Shown: positions 26,784-38,043 of the stretch, piece after piece
How positions within the stretch are numbered: the first letter of the stretch is position 1
How the letters are laid out: each line of letters starts with the position of its first letter
DNA from: Planctomycetia bacterium
Lineage (GTDB): Bacteria > Planctomycetota > Planctomycetia > Pirellulales > PALSA-1355
DNA: 52,967 nucleotides
Direction of reading: 5' to 3'
Assembly: GCA_041499515.1 (NCBI GenBank)
Contig: JBGQKM010000002.1
Coordinates: 1 to 52,967, forward strand
The notes under the pieces: generated by a model
What the model was told of the DNA's origin: nothing
Database searches by the model: none
The model's input: the letters and a program-made list of their open reading frames with translations, nothing else
Made by a program: the position numbers and the translations under genes

Positions 26784-28151
26784 ATGAATGCTCGGCTTGC
26801 CGACGTCCTGGCCCCATTTGGCTGGGAGCCGCAGCCCGCCGCGGCCGGACTGGTCGGCGAACTGGTGGCCGCGTTCTTGCGGCACTGTGCTCCGGCGGCC
26901 AGCATCGGGGGCCGATTGCGCGCCGAAGCCGGCGTGCGGCTCATCGATCTTGTGGACCATCTCGCGCTGCCGTCTGAGGACATCCTCGAACAGCGCCTGG
27001 CCGATCACGGGTTTGGACACTTCGATCGCGACGGCTGGACCGTATGGCGGCACGCCGAGGGTCTGTTTCCCGAGATTCACACGCATGCCAACACCCTGCG
27101 GCGATTGGCCGTCAAAGTCGAATCGGTGGCTGATTTTCTGGTTGCCCAGGGACACGACGATCGCACGTTGATCGACGGTGGGCCGTTGGCGCAGGTGCGT
27201 AAGGCTCCATTGTGGGCCGAGGGCGGGTACGAGTTTTGGGCGGTGGAACGACACGGCTCGCGGGAATACGATCCGCCTCTGGTCACGCTCGGCCAAATCG
27301 AGTCGGTCGCGTGGCATCGCGAATGTTTTCGCCGGCGGCAGCGGCGATTCGGCGACTCTCAGGAAGGCTTTGTCCACGCCACGCAGCTCATTCGCGCGGC
27401 GATTGCCGAACTGGGCGTCGACTGGACATGCGATTTGTTCTTTGCGGCGGAACGCGAGTATTGGCAGCGTCGCAATCGGGCCGCCCGAGTGCAACGGTCT
27501 CGCCAGGACGCAGTCGGCCTGGGGTGGGCCAATCACGATCACCACACCTACCGCAGCAGCCGCGAGCATTTTGCCGGGCTCATTGCCGTGCTCGAGGAAC
27601 TGGGGTTCGTCTGTCGCGAGCGATTCTACGGTGGGCGCGAATCGGGCTGGGGAGCGCAGGTGCTCGAACAGCCGAACTGCCGCATCGTGATTTTTGCCGA
27701 CGTCGACATGACGCCCGCGGAAGTGTCCGGCGATTTCGCCCACCAGGGACTTCCACCTCAGCCTCGCCTGGGCACGGTCGGGCTGTGGTGCCAATTGCAC
27801 GGCGAAGCGTTCTTGGAAGCCGGACTGCATCATCTGGAATGCCAATTCGATTTCGGCGCGGCGCGCGAACAACTGCACAAGCTGGGAGTCCACGCCATGC
27901 GGCCATTTACGGATTTTCCGCACCTGAAGCAGGCGTTCACCGAAGGCGAGTTTTGGTCGGTGGACGAGGGCCGCATCGAGCAAGCCTTGGCCCGGGGCTT
28001 TATCACCCCGGAACAGGCCGAGCTGTTTCGCCAGGCCGGCGCGATCGGCTCGCACTTGGAGATCTTGCAGCGTGACGATGGCTACAAGGGCTTTAACCAA
28101 ACAGGTATCAGCGAAATCATCGCCCACACCGATCCGCGACGGCAATCGTGA
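26784..28151 (+). CDS. Uncharacterised VOC-fold (2-His-1-carboxylate dioxygenase-like) protein
   Basis: Start moved to the ATG at 26784. ANHDHHTYR, GLHHLECQFD and GSHLEILQRDDGYKGFNQ resemble the His/His/Glu metal-ligand strands of HPPD/HMS-type and DUF1338-type enzymes (E-[IF]-x-QR motif). The plus-strand ORF has normal composition and the 544-aa antisense ORF does not. Confidence 0.5.
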   Translation: MNARLADVLAPFGWEPQPAAAGLVGELVAAFLRHCAPAASIGGRLRAEAGVRLIDLVDHLALPSEDILEQRLADHGFGHFDRDGWTVWRHAEGLFPEIHTHANTLRRLAVKVESVADFLVAQGHDDRTLIDGGPLAQVRKAPLWAEGGYEFWAVERHGSREYDPPLVTLGQIESVAWHRECFRRRQRRFGDSQEGFVHATQLIRAAIAELGVDWTCDLFFAAEREYWQRRNRAARVQRSRQDAVGLGWANHDHHTYRSSREHFAGLIAVLEELGFVCRERFYGGRESGWGAQVLEQPNCRIVIFADVDMTPAEVSGDFAHQGLPPQPRLGTVGLWCQLHGEAFLEAGLHHLECQFDFGAAREQLHKLGVHAMRPFTDFPHLKQAFTEGEFWSVDEGRIEQALARGFITPEQAELFRQAGAIGSHLEILQRDDGYKGFNQTGISEIIAHTDPRRQS

Positions 28152-28224
28152 TCTCGGGCAGCCGCGCCCCGCAAGATTAGCATCACAGAATGTTTTTCCA
28201 CCTCCGTACTCTGGGAAGCCGCCG

Positions 28225-29253
28225 ATGCGTTTGAATCCTGTTGCTTGGATCGTGCTGGGCATCATCGCGAGTGGACACGCGGCCTCGACCGCATTTGCCG
28301 AGACCCCGCGTCCCAGGACCGGGACGGTCGAATTCGTTCCCCGCACGGACGAATCGAGTCTTCCCAAGATGTACCGACTGGATCGTCACACGTTTTCGTT
28401 CGAGCAGACGCCGGCGTTCACGTCGGCACGGACCATGCGGCTGTCGACGCTGACGTTTCCCTCGCCGGTGGTGACTCCCCACCCGAATAACAACACGGTC
28501 CACTGCGAGTATTTTTGTCCCACGGCGCCCGGGAAGAAACCGGGCGTGATCGTGCTGCACATTCTGGGGGGTGATTTCGATCTGGCGCGGTTGTTCTGCC
28601 GGGCCTTGGCCGCTCGCGGCGTCGCGGCGTTGTTTCTGAAGATGCCCTATTACGGCGAGCGGCGGCAAGAAGATTCGCCGGCTCGCATGATCTCGATCGA
28701 CCCCCATGAAACCGTGCGCGGCATGAGGCAAGCCGTGCTCGACATCCGTCAGGCCGCCAGTTGGCTGGCGGCTCAAGAGGAGATCGACGCACGGCAACTG
28801 GGCATCATGGGTATCAGCCTGGGGGGCATCACCGCGGCCCTGGCAGTTAGTCTCGAGCCGCGTTTCAGCAAGGCGTGTTTATTATTGGCGGGCGGCGACA
28901 TGGGCGAAGTCGCCTGGAATTCGACCGAGATGGCGCCGTTGCGCAAGCGATGGGCCGAGAGCGGGGGCAGCAAAGAAGACCTCTTCGCCACGCTCAGGGT
29001 GGTTGATCCCGTGACCTACGCCAGGCCGATGCCGGGTCGAAGGATTCTGATGCTCAACGCCAGCCAGGACGAGGTGATTCCTCCGGCGTGCACCCGGGCC
29101 CTGTGGCGCGCGTTCGGCGAGCCGGAAATCATCTGGTGGGACGCCGGCCATTATTCGTCGGTGCGTTACATCTTCAGCGGCTTGGCCAAGGCCGTGCAGT
29201 TCTTCGAGCCGCAGAGTTCGCCGTCGCCGGCCGCTCAGAGCACGGCGAAGTAG
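28225..29253 (+). CDS. Secreted alpha/beta hydrolase (dienelactone-hydrolase/peptidase S9-like)
   Basis: Start moved to the ATG at 28225 (signal [25 protein letters not shown]). [10 protein letters not shown], nucleophile elbow GISLGG, acid SQDEVIP and His in DAGHYS. Confidence 0.8.
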   Translation: MRLNPVAWIVLGIIASGHAASTAFAETPRPRTGTVEFVPRTDESSLPKMYRLDRHTFSFEQTPAFTSARTMRLSTLTFPSPVVTPHPNNNTVHCEYFCPTAPGKKPGVIVLHILGGDFDLARLFCRALAARGVAALFLKMPYYGERRQEDSPARMISIDPHETVRGMRQAVLDIRQAASWLAAQEEIDARQLGIMGISLGGITAALAVSLEPRFSKACLLLAGGDMGEVAWNSTEMAPLRKRWAESGGSKEDLFATLRVVDPVTYARPMPGRRILMLNASQDEVIPPACTRALWRAFGEPEIIWWDAGHYSSVRYIFSGLAKAVQFFEPQSSPSPAAQSTAK

Positions 29254-30737
29254 TTCTCGACGGCAAAGTCGATGGCGTCGTGGGTTATTTCCAGCGGCTT
29301 CGACTCATAGAAGCACATGTTGCGCACTTGCAGCAGCAAATCGCGTGGCTGGCAACAGCGCATCGACCGATTGACGGCTCGATAGTGCGTTTCCAACAGA
29401 TATGTGACCGAGCTGTCGTTGTACTCGAATCCGAGGAGCGGCGCCATCATCTTGAACAAGCTACGAAACTCGTCCTCGCTGGGGTCGTTGACTTCGATCT
29501 TGTACGGGATACGTCGCAGAAACGCATCGTCGACCAGGTCTTTCGGTTCCAAATTCGTGGAAAAGATCACGAGTTGGTCAAAGGGGACCTCGATCTTCTT
29601 TCCGTTTGGCAAATTGAGATAATCGTGGCGTTTTTCCAAGGGCACGATCCAGCGGTTGAGCAACTCGTCGGTGCTCATCCGCTGCCGGCCGAAGTCGTCG
29701 ATCACCAGCGTGCCGCAGTTGCTCTTCAACTGAACCGGCGCTTCGCTGATGCCGGTTGACGTGCTGAACGAGATTTCGAGATTGTCCATCGTCAATTCGC
29801 CACCCACCACGATGGTCGGCCGGCGGATGCGGACCCAACGTTTGTCGATCTGACTGTCTTGCAGCAGTCCCTCGGTCGATTCGATCGGCGCCAGTTCATG
29901 GGCATTGGGATCGTAGAGTCGGATCATTTCGCCATCGATTCCGATGGCGCGGGGAATCCAGATGTAATGGCCAAACGCTCTCGTGACGCGCTCGGCGATG
30001 CTGGTCTTGCCGTTTCCGGCCGCGCCGTAGAGGAATAGGCCGCGGCCCGAGTTGATTGCCGGCCCCAAGCGGCGCAACATTCGGGGATTGATCAACAGGT
30101 CGGAAAATGCCTGCTTCAGGTTGTCGACCGTGGGATGCTGCTTGGTCAATGACTGAGCGGTCACCGAGGCAATATAATCTGAAAGCGACACCGGCGCCGC
30201 GCCGAAATACGTGCATTGCTCGGCCATGCGCCGCGCGCGCTCGCGGCCGAGATCGGTCAACTGGTACAGGTAATCATTGATCGTGGCCGCGCCCTTGTAG
30301 ACGATGAGTTGATCCGACTTCATTTCCCGCAAAAGCTCGTCGACGAGGCGAAACGGCAGCCGGATATGGTCGCTGACCTGCCGGCCCGTGGTATCACCAC
30401 GCGATAGCAACAGCTTCAAGATCAGCTCTTCGACAATGCTGGAGGTCAATTGCGCTTCGGCAAACGACTTTGGCTCGACGGGCACGAAGCTGTTCTCGAG
30501 GTCGGGGGCCCAGGCGGCGACGACGGCTTTGGGCGGGACCTCCGCCGGACTCGCCATGCCGCGAATCCGGCTGAGCAATTCGTCCAACTTGGGGTCGCGG
30601 TTGTCGCCCGATTTAGGATCGACCACGGCGTGCTGCGGTTGCGACGCGGCCACGGCCGCCCAGGGATCGGGCCCGGTCGAACCTCCCTGGCCCGCCAGGC
30701 GCGCAAGCAGATTGTCTTCCGAGATCTCGGTCATCAA
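29235..30737 (-). CDS. AAA+ ATPase with a long N-terminal, probably winged-helix-like, region
   Basis: 500 aa. Walker [12 protein letters not shown], Walker [11 protein letters not shown], sensor-1 IFSTN and FLRRIPYK. The 3' end overlaps the convergent hydrolase gene by 19 nt. Confidence 0.8.
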   Translation of the reverse strand: MMTEISEDNLLARLAGQGGSTGPDPWAAVAASQPQHAVVDPKSGDNRDPKLDELLSRIRGMASPAEVPPKAVVAAWAPDLENSFVPVEPKSFAEAQLTSSIVEELILKLLLSRGDTTGRQVSDHIRLPFRLVDELLREMKSDQLIVYKGAATINDYLYQLTDLGRERARRMAEQCTYFGAAPVSLSDYIASVTAQSLTKQHPTVDNLKQAFSDLLINPRMLRRLGPAINSGRGLFLYGAAGNGKTSIAERVTRAFGHYIWIPRAIGIDGEMIRLYDPNAHELAPIESTEGLLQDSQIDKRWVRIRRPTIVVGGELTMDNLEISFSTSTGISEAPVQLKSNCGTLVIDDFGRQRMSTDELLNRWIVPLEKRHDYLNLPNGKKIEVPFDQLVIFSTNLEPKDLVDDAFLRRIPYKIEVNDPSEDEFRSLFKMMAPLLGFEYNDSSVTYLLETHYRAVNRSMRCCQPRDLLLQVRNMCFYESKPLEITHDAIDFAVENYFAVL

Positions 30738-31016
30738 TGGTATTCGCCCAGATTTTTTGGCGTCGGGGCAACGAACGAAATGCCCCGGCTGGCAGTGGAA
30801 GCTTAGGTCGCGCCTTTGGGGTGGTCAAACAAATGTCCGACTCGCCTGCGGCCGCCCGGCAGTGTGGGCTCCGCCGGAAGCGCCCGAGTTGCAAGACGGG
30901 CAACGGCAGCAGACAGAGTCAGGGGGTTAGGGTACAATTTTTTCGGTTGTAGGGCTTCCGACGGCCGTCATTCGCCATCATCCGCGAAAAAACAACTCCC
31001 AAGGAAGGTGTCTTCC

Positions 31017-33734
31017 ATGTCCACAGACCGCAAACTGGACCCATTCGCAGCTCGCCAGCGATTCGAAACCGGACAGGGCAAAGCCAGCCTGTATCGGCTT
31101 TCCAAGCTCGAATCCTTGGGCCTGGCCCGAATCGCCGAGCTCCCCTTCTCGATCCGGGTGCTGTTGGAATCGGCATTGCGCAACTGCGATGGTTTCGCCG
31201 TCCGCGAGGAGGACGTGAAGAATCTGGCCGGCTGGAACGCCGCCGCGCCGGCCCAGGTGGAGATTCCTTTCAAACCCGCGCGCGTTCTCCTGCAAGACTT
31301 CACCGGCGTGCCGGCGATCGTCGACCTGGCGGCCATGCGGGCCGCGATGAAACGCTTGGGGGGCGATCCCAAGAAAATCAACCCGCTGATTCCGGTCGAC
31401 CTGGTCATCGACCATTCGGTTCAGGTCGACGCGTTCAATAGCCCCGATGCGCTGGGGAAAAACGTCGATATTGAATACCAACGCAATGTCGAGCGCTATG
31501 AGTTTCTGCGCTGGGGCCAAAAGTCGTTTGACAATTTTCGCGTCGTGCCGCCCTCGGTCGGAATCGTGCATCAGGTGAACCTCGAGTATCTGGCCAAAGG
31601 CGTGTTTCTACGCGGCGATCCCAAGGATCTCGTGGCCTTGCCCGATACCTTGGTGGGCACCGACAGCCACACGACCATGATCAACGGCCTGGGCGTGCTG
31701 GGCTGGGGCGTGGGGGGCATCGAAGCCGAAGCCGTGATGCTCGGCCAGCCTCTCTACATGCTGATGCCCGAGGTCGTGGGCTTTAAGTTGACGGGCCAAC
31801 TCACCCCGGGAACGACGGCCACGGACCTGGTGCTTACGGTCACGCAAATCTTGCGCAAGCAAGGCGTGGTGGGAAAGTTCGTCGAGTTTTTCGGGCCCGG
31901 GGTTTCGCACATGAAGCTGGCGGATCGGGCCACGATCGGCAACATGGCCCCGGAATATGGCGCCACGATGGGTTTCTTTCCGGTGGACAGTGAGACGCTC
32001 GAGTACTTGCGTCGCACGGGCCGAACGAAAGCCGAGGTCGAGCTGGTCGAACGTTATATGAAGGAGCAGCAATTATTCCGCACCGATGAGGGACCCGAGC
32101 CCAAGTTTAGCAAGCTGCTCTCGCTCGATTTGGGCACCGTCGAGCCGAGTCTGGCGGGCCCCAAGCGGCCGCAAGATCTGGTGCCGCTGAAAGCCCTGAA
32201 ATCGTCGTTCCGCAAAGCGTTGAAGGCCCCGCTGGCCGAACGGGGGTTTGCCTTGGACCAGAAGGGCTCACAACGAACCGCTCAGGTCGGCAACCATGGG
32301 ACCGCTACGACGATCGGCCATGGCGCAGTCGTGATCGCGGCCATTACCAGTTGCACGAACACCAGCAATCCGTCGGTGATGTTGGCCGCTGGATTGTTGG
32401 CCAAGAAAGCGGCCGAAAAGGGCCTCAAGTCCAAGCCCCATGTCAAAACCAGCCTGGCGCCAGGATCGCGCGTAGTCACCGATTATTTCGAGAAAGCCGG
32501 CCTGACCAGGCCCTTGGAGTCGTTGGGTTTTTACACCGTCGGCTACGGCTGCACGACATGCATCGGCAACAGTGGGCCGCTGCCGGATGCGGTGGCCAAG
32601 GCCGTGACCGACGGCGATCTGGTCGCGGCGGCCGTGTTGAGCGGCAACCGGAACTTCGAGGGCCGCATCAACCCGCTGGTCAAGGCTAACTATTTGGCCA
32701 GCCCGCCCCTGGTCGTGGCCTATGCCTTGGCCGGTACGGTCGACATCGACTTGCTCAGCGAGCCGCTGGGCCGGGGCAGCAATGGCCAGGACGTGTTCTT
32801 GAAAGACATCTGGCCCACCGACCAGGAAGTGCAAGCGGCGATCAAAGCCTGCGTGCTGCCGGAAATGTTTCAATCGCGCTATGCCAACGTCATGACGTCG
32901 AACGAAAAATGGAACCAATTGCGCACCAGCGAAGGCGATCTGTACGCGTGGAACGCCCGCAGCACTTACATTCAGGAGCCGCCCTTTTTGATCGATCTTT
33001 CGCGGCAGCCTGGCAAAATCCAGCCGTTGCGCGGAGCCCGCGCGTTGGCCATGCTGGGCGATTCGGTGACGACCGACCACATTTCGCCCGCCGGTTCGAT
33101 CGCCGCCCAGAGCCCCGCCGGGCGCTACTTGATCGAGCACGGCGTCGATCCGCGCGATTTCAACAGCTATGGAGCGCGTCGCGGCAACGATCGGGTGATG
33201 ACTCCCGGCACCTTTGCCAATATCCGCATCCGCAACTATTTGGCGCCGGGCACCGAGGGAGGCGTCACTCGCCATCTGCCGGACGGCCAGGGGATGAGCA
33301 TCTACGACGCGGCCATGAAATATAAAGAGGAGCACATTCCACTGGTAATCTTTGCCGGAGCCGAATATGGCACCGGCAGCAGCCGCGACTGGGCCGCCAA
33401 GGGCACGTTGCTCTTGGGCGTGCGGGCCGTATTTGCCGTCAGCTTCGAACGCATTCACCGCAGCAACCTGGTGGGGATGGGCGTATTGCCCTTGGAAATG
33501 TCGACGGGTCAAACCTGGCAGTCGCTGGGGCTGACCGGAGAAGAGATTTACGAGATTCCCGCTCTGGGAGAGGATCTGCAACCCGCCGCGAATTTGGAGA
33601 TTTCGGCCCGGGCGGCCGATGGCTCTAGCAAGAAGTTTACTTGCCGGGTGCGCATCGATACTGCGGTGGAGCTCGAGTATTATCGCAACGGCGGGATTCT
33701 TCAGACGGTCTTGCGCAAGCTGCTAGCGAATTGA
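31017..33734 (+). CDS. acnA: Aconitate hydratase A
   Basis: Start moved to the ATG at 31017 (905 aa). [63 protein letters not shown] and SGNRNFEGR are the Fe-S ligand and active-site motifs of AcnA/IRP. Confidence 0.95.
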   Translation: MSTDRKLDPFAARQRFETGQGKASLYRLSKLESLGLARIAELPFSIRVLLESALRNCDGFAVREEDVKNLAGWNAAAPAQVEIPFKPARVLLQDFTGVPAIVDLAAMRAAMKRLGGDPKKINPLIPVDLVIDHSVQVDAFNSPDALGKNVDIEYQRNVERYEFLRWGQKSFDNFRVVPPSVGIVHQVNLEYLAKGVFLRGDPKDLVALPDTLVGTDSHTTMINGLGVLGWGVGGIEAEAVMLGQPLYMLMPEVVGFKLTGQLTPGTTATDLVLTVTQILRKQGVVGKFVEFFGPGVSHMKLADRATIGNMAPEYGATMGFFPVDSETLEYLRRTGRTKAEVELVERYMKEQQLFRTDEGPEPKFSKLLSLDLGTVEPSLAGPKRPQDLVPLKALKSSFRKALKAPLAERGFALDQKGSQRTAQVGNHGTATTIGHGAVVIAAITSCTNTSNPSVMLAAGLLAKKAAEKGLKSKPHVKTSLAPGSRVVTDYFEKAGLTRPLESLGFYTVGYGCTTCIGNSGPLPDAVAKAVTDGDLVAAAVLSGNRNFEGRINPLVKANYLASPPLVVAYALAGTVDIDLLSEPLGRGSNGQDVFLKDIWPTDQEVQAAIKACVLPEMFQSRYANVMTSNEKWNQLRTSEGDLYAWNARSTYIQEPPFLIDLSRQPGKIQPLRGARALAMLGDSVTTDHISPAGSIAAQSPAGRYLIEHGVDPRDFNSYGARRGNDRVMTPGTFANIRIRNYLAPGTEGGVTRHLPDGQGMSIYDAAMKYKEEHIPLVIFAGAEYGTGSSRDWAAKGTLLLGVRAVFAVSFERIHRSNLVGMGVLPLEMSTGQTWQSLGLTGEEIYEIPALGEDLQPAANLEISARAADGSSKKFTCRVRIDTAVELEYYRNGGILQTVLRKLLAN

Positions 33735-33785
33735 CGTGTTCGAAGAGAAGGACTGTCCCTGAGCAGTTCGGTTGAACTGAATTCG

Positions 33786-34277
33786 TCAGTTGTGGTGCGC
33801 GAGTTCTTGGCCGACCAGTTCCAGGTTGTCCTGATAGTAGGCGATCGCCTCGACCGGATTCAGGTTGAACAGTGCGCGGCCGTCGGTGGCCCAATTGCCC
33901 CCTTCGACGCGAAAGACGGCGGTGGCGGCCCGCAAGTTGGCCACGGCCTCGACCTCTTCCATGCCGCCTCCCTCGACGGCTTCGAAGCCGATCGTGACAC
34001 CGACGAAGGCCGAGAGCTCGCCGCTGCGGCGGTGCCTCGCGTAAACGACGTCGTCATCGAAGTCGCAACGCACCCATTCCAGACCGCGGGGTTTTCCGCT
34101 CTCGGTAGCCAGGCGAAGAAACCTGGCTTCCAGATGCTCTCGCTGCCGATGGAAGTCCTTGCGTGCCCGGGCCAGCTCCTTCTCACGCAACCTGGTGCGG
34201 ATGGGTCGCCAAGCCAAAGCGACGGTGCCGACTATGAGCAGGGACGCGATCGTTGCCACCATCCACCATGCGTACAT
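33786..34277 (-). CDS. Hypothetical N-terminally membrane-anchored protein
   Basis: 163 aa. TM WWMVATIASLLIVGTVALAW, balanced composition, and SD AGGAG about 9 nt upstream of the ATG. No family recognised. Confidence 0.55.
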   Translation of the reverse strand: MYAWWMVATIASLLIVGTVALAWRPIRTRLREKELARARKDFHRQREHLEARFLRLATESGKPRGLEWVRCDFDDDVVYARHRRSGELSAFVGVTIGFEAVEGGGMEEVEAVANLRAATAVFRVEGGNWATDGRALFNLNPVEAIAYYQDNLELVGQELAHHN

Positions 34278-34443
34278 CGCGACACGCTCCTCTCATCCCG
34301 GTCCGTGGAGTATGGATCCGATATCTAAGATTCTAATCGCCCGGCAGTGTCTGACAAGCAACGCGGACGATGGTTGGACGCTGGCCGAGCCGCCGGGGTC
34401 GGTGCCGAGGCCGTGGTCGGCAGTCATCAGGCCTCAAGACCTA

Positions 34444-34469
34444 TTCACAAGCCCCCATTGTGATATGAT
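34444..34469 (+). promoter_or_regulatory. Candidate promoter of the cold-shock gene (extended -10)
   Basis: TTCACA (34444-34449) and TGaTATGAT (34461-34469). This would give a 5' UTR of about 80 nt before the ATG at 34554, as is usual for csp genes. The 14-nt spacer is short, so the call relies on the extended -10. Confidence 0.3.
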
Positions 34470-34517
34470 AGCACGACGACCCGTCAAAAGGGCCGGGCCG
34501 CGTGACCCAGCCCGTAA

Positions 34518-34766
<249 letters not shown>

Positions 34767-34942
34767 GCCGTCTGTGAGGCATTCGCCTCGTTTGCGTTGC
34801 CAAGGGCAAGTGTTGCGGTTCATTCTTTTGAGCCGGCGATTCCGGCCACACGGGGGACGGGCCAGAGCGTTTTGGCATTTGTCCGGGCGCCATTCGACCG
34901 CGCGCCACCGGGGAATCGCCTTGTCGAACCAGGAGAGACCGC

Positions 34943-35800
34943 TTGCCGATTCTAGGCGCCCACATGTCGATCGCCGGTGGGTATTACCGTGCCGTCGAAC
35001 TGGCACACGAGCACGGTTGCGAGTGCGTGCAACTATTTACCAAGAACAATAACCAGTGGCGTGCCAAAGAGCTGACCGACGCGGACGCTGAAAAGTTCGC
35101 TTCGGCCCTTGCGCGACTGGGGATTGCCTATCCCATCGCCCACGATTCGTACCTGATCAACCTGGCCACGCCGGAGCCGGAGTTGTGGGCCAGGTCGGTG
35201 GAGGCGTTTCGAGTCGAGTTGCTTCGCGCCGAAAAGTTAGGAATTCCCTATGTGGTCACGCATCCCGGCGCGTTTACCAGCAGTTCGGAGGCGGAGGGAA
35301 TTCAGCGCGTGATCGAAGCGCTGGACGCCGTGCATCGAGAAACGGCCGGCATCAGGGCGTGCGCCCTGTTGGAAAACACGGCCGGCCAGGGGACCAGCTT
35401 GGGCTGGCGGTTGGAACACCTGGGGGCCATGATCGCCGGCGTGGCCGAGCCCGAGCGGCTGGGCGTGTGCATCGACACCTGCCACTTGTTCGCGGCCGGC
35501 TATCCACTGGAAACGTCCGAGCAGTACGAAGCCACGATCGCGACGCTTGAGGGGGCCGTCGGGCTGGATCGCGTCAAGGCGATTCATCTCAACGACAGCA
35601 AACAGCCGCTCGGTTCGCGCGTCGATCGCCACGAGCATATCGGCCGCGGCAAGCTGGGCCTTGCGCCTTTTCGCCATCTGTTGAACGATCCGCGTTTTCG
35701 CCAGACGCCCATGTATCTGGAAACGCCCAAGGAACAGCAAGATGGCGAAGAGATGGACGTTGTCAATTTGCGCGTGTTGCGCGGCCTGGTCGCCGCGTAG
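34943..35800 (+). CDS. nfo: Deoxyribonuclease IV (endonuclease IV, AP endonuclease)
   Basis: TTG start. (M)PILGAHMSIAGG aligns with E. coli Nfo MKYIGAHVSAAGG. FTKNNNQWRAK, VTHPG, CIDTCH and HLNDSK metal-binding motifs. Confidence 0.9.
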   Translation: MPILGAHMSIAGGYYRAVELAHEHGCECVQLFTKNNNQWRAKELTDADAEKFASALARLGIAYPIAHDSYLINLATPEPELWARSVEAFRVELLRAEKLGIPYVVTHPGAFTSSSEAEGIQRVIEALDAVHRETAGIRACALLENTAGQGTSLGWRLEHLGAMIAGVAEPERLGVCIDTCHLFAAGYPLETSEQYEATIATLEGAVGLDRVKAIHLNDSKQPLGSRVDRHEHIGRGKLGLAPFRHLLNDPRFRQTPMYLETPKEQQDGEEMDVVNLRVLRGLVAA

Positions 35801-35811
35801 CGGCCGAGGCT

Positions 35812-36243
35812 TTACGGTTTGCGAGGCGCCCGAACCATCAGGACCGGAATATCGGTGCGGTGTCGCACTTCCGAAGCGACACTACCTAGGATCAGGTCGC
35901 CGATCAGGCGGTGTCCGTGCGTGGCCATGGCGATCAAGTCGCAGGCTTCGCGCTCGGCGATGGCCACGATGTGTTCGGTCGGTTCGCCCCACGCGAGCAG
36001 GGAATCGACTTTGAATCCTTCGCCGGCCAGTTCGTCCGCGCAACGCTTCAGATAAGCCCGATCCTCGCGCATTTCATCCGATTCGTCCAAGCCCAGGCGT
36101 TCTTGATTTCGCGCCATGAAGCCGTCGGCCACGTGCAACAGGGTCAGCCGGGCGCCGGTCAATCGCGCCAGGGCGCGCACGTGCTTGAGAATGGCTTCGT
36201 CGGCCGACGAATTGTCCAGGGGAATGAGAATATGCTGGTACAC
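35812..36243 (-). CDS. Universal stress protein (UspA family)
   Basis: 143 aa. MYQHILIPLDNS...LTLLHV...DLIAMATHGH...GSVASEVRH..IPVLMV. Confidence 0.85.
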   Translation of the reverse strand: MYQHILIPLDNSSADEAILKHVRALARLTGARLTLLHVADGFMARNQERLGLDESDEMREDRAYLKRCADELAGEGFKVDSLLAWGEPTEHIVAIAEREACDLIAMATHGHRLIGDLILGSVASEVRHRTDIPVLMVRAPRKP

Positions 36244-36283
36244 GTCGATCGTTTCCGCGGGGCCGAGGATCCCAGGACCAGAC

Positions 36284-37657
36284 TCATCGGTCGAATAACA
36301 ACTCGATCAGGAGATATGCATTCAATAATACGATCGCGACCGTCACGATCCAAGCCAGCACGGTCAAAGCCGGACGATTGGCAAAACGGCCCATCTTGCG
36401 ACGGTCCGAAGTGAACATCACCAACGGCACCACCGCGAAGCTCAATTGCATCGAGAGAACGACCTGGCTCAACACGAGAAGTTTCCCGACCCCAACCCCG
36501 CCATAGAAGTAGGTCACGACCACCGCGGGCACGATCGCCATGCTGCGGGTCAACAAGCGGCGGACCCAAGGTCGTAATCGCAGATTGAGAAAACCCTCCA
36601 TCACGATCTGTCCGGCCATGGTACCGGTGAGGGTCGAGTTCTGTCCCGAAGCCAACAGCGCGATGGCAAATACCGTGCTGGCAAAGGGAATTCCCAGCAC
36701 CGGGTTCAGGAGCTTATACGCGTCGTTGATGTCCACCACGTGGGAATGCTCCGTACCGTAGAAGGTCGCGGCGCTGACAATCAAGATCGCAGCGTTGATG
36801 AAAAAGGCAAACAACAGCGCGACCGTGGAATCGATCGTGGCAAACCGCACGGCCATGGCTTTGCCTTCGTCATCACGCTTGAACGCCCGAGTCTGGACGA
36901 TACTTGAGTGCAAGTAGAGGTTATGCGGCATGACCGTGGCTCCCAGGATTCCGATGGCCACGTAGAGCATCTGCGGATTGCGGACGATCTGCGGACTCGG
37001 CAGCAAGCCCGCCACGAGCGGCCCGAGAGCCGGCTCCGAGATGATGATCTCGTACGCGAAGCACAACCCAATGACCGCGATCAAGCTGGCCACCAGAGCT
37101 TCGATATAGCGAAAACCTTTGTTCTGCAAGTAGAGCACGATCACGACGTCAAGCGCCGTGAGGATCACGCCGGTGACCAGGTCGATGCCGAACAGCAGAT
37201 TCAAGGCGATCGCCGAACCGATGACCTCCGCCAGATCGCACGCCGCGATGGCGATTTCGCACAGGACCCATAAGAACAAGCCCACCGGCCGCGAAAAGTG
37301 ATCCCGACAGGCCTGGGCCAAATCGCGGCCCGATGCGATGCCCAACTTCAACGCCAGATGTTGCAGCACAATGGCCACGAAGTTGGAAAGCAGCACCACC
37401 GAGAGCAACGTGTATCCGAACTGCGCTCCGCCGGCCAGATCGGTGGCCCAATTGCCGGGGTCCATGTAACCCACGGCGACCATCAGGCCGGGCCCCGAAA
37501 AAGCCAGCAGCTTGGTCCAGAAGCCACGCTGAGAGACCGGCACGGTCGCATAAACTTCGGGCAGCGAGGGCCCCCGCGACTCGTGGCGCCAACCGGTCTC
37601 GCGGAAGGAATCTCCGGCGCCATCCGATCCCGAGTATTGGGGCGCGTCTTTCTTCAT
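36284..37657 (-). CDS. mntH: NRAMP-family divalent metal (Mn2+/Fe2+):H+ symporter
   Basis: 457 aa. [23 protein letters not shown] (DPGN motif), [12 protein letters not shown] and a polytopic profile. Confidence 0.95.
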   Translation of the reverse strand: MKKDAPQYSGSDGAGDSFRETGWRHESRGPSLPEVYATVPVSQRGFWTKLLAFSGPGLMVAVGYMDPGNWATDLAGGAQFGYTLLSVVLLSNFVAIVLQHLALKLGIASGRDLAQACRDHFSRPVGLFLWVLCEIAIAACDLAEVIGSAIALNLLFGIDLVTGVILTALDVVIVLYLQNKGFRYIEALVASLIAVIGLCFAYEIIISEPALGPLVAGLLPSPQIVRNPQMLYVAIGILGATVMPHNLYLHSSIVQTRAFKRDDEGKAMAVRFATIDSTVALLFAFFINAAILIVSAATFYGTEHSHVVDINDAYKLLNPVLGIPFASTVFAIALLASGQNSTLTGTMAGQIVMEGFLNLRLRPWVRRLLTRSMAIVPAVVVTYFYGGVGVGKLLVLSQVVLSMQLSFAVVPLVMFTSDRRKMGRFANRPALTVLAWIVTVAIVLLNAYLLIELLFDR

Positions 37658-37778
37658 GGTGAATTGACGTTTCGTGCTTCCGCTGGCGACGATCCGGCGA
37701 GCGCCGGCCCATGGTTCATCTAACAGTTATTATCGTGCAGCCGGGGCCAATTTTCCAATATGAGAAATTATATTTTTG

Positions 37779-37810
37779 GATAACAGAAAAGTAAGGTTTA
37801 TCGCTGTTAC
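37779..37810. promoter_or_regulatory. Candidate operator: inverted repeat in the AT-rich mntH upstream region
   Basis: GATAACAG-N17-CTGTTAC, with nested GATAAC / GTTTATC half-sites (37779-37784 and 37796-37802). A further TAACAG lies at 37721-37726. The element lies about 120-150 nt upstream of the mntH ATG. No regulator can be assigned from sequence alone. Confidence 0.25.
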
Positions 37811-37964
37811 GCCGCTTACCAGGACGCATATCCGACATCCACCGTTTGGAACATGTCCCATCTGAGAAGGCTGGAGAAAATGGAGAGAAGGATCTCGATT
37901 TACAGTCGATAAATGACCTGTGCCAGCGGGCAGAAGTTCTATCCTCATTTATAGTTCTGAAAAG

Positions 37965-37992
37965 TTGACATCGCCATCGCGACCGCTAAATT
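37965..37992 (+). promoter_or_regulatory. Candidate sigma70-type promoter for the GNAT gene
   Basis: Consensus -35 TTGACA (37965-37970), a 16-nt spacer and -10 TAAATT (37987-37992), about 50 nt upstream of the ATG at 38044. Confidence 0.35.
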
Positions 37993-38043
37993 AACGGTAG
38001 GCAATCGCACTTCCCCGGCCATTTGCAAAACTGGGTCAGGCCC

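Noticed and set aside
37730-37948. 72-aa minus-strand ORF inside the AT-rich mntH upstream region.
   Set aside because: It has no SD and no recognisable domain, and its composition is driven by the AT-rich DNA. It is more likely regulatory DNA. It cannot be fully excluded without expression data.
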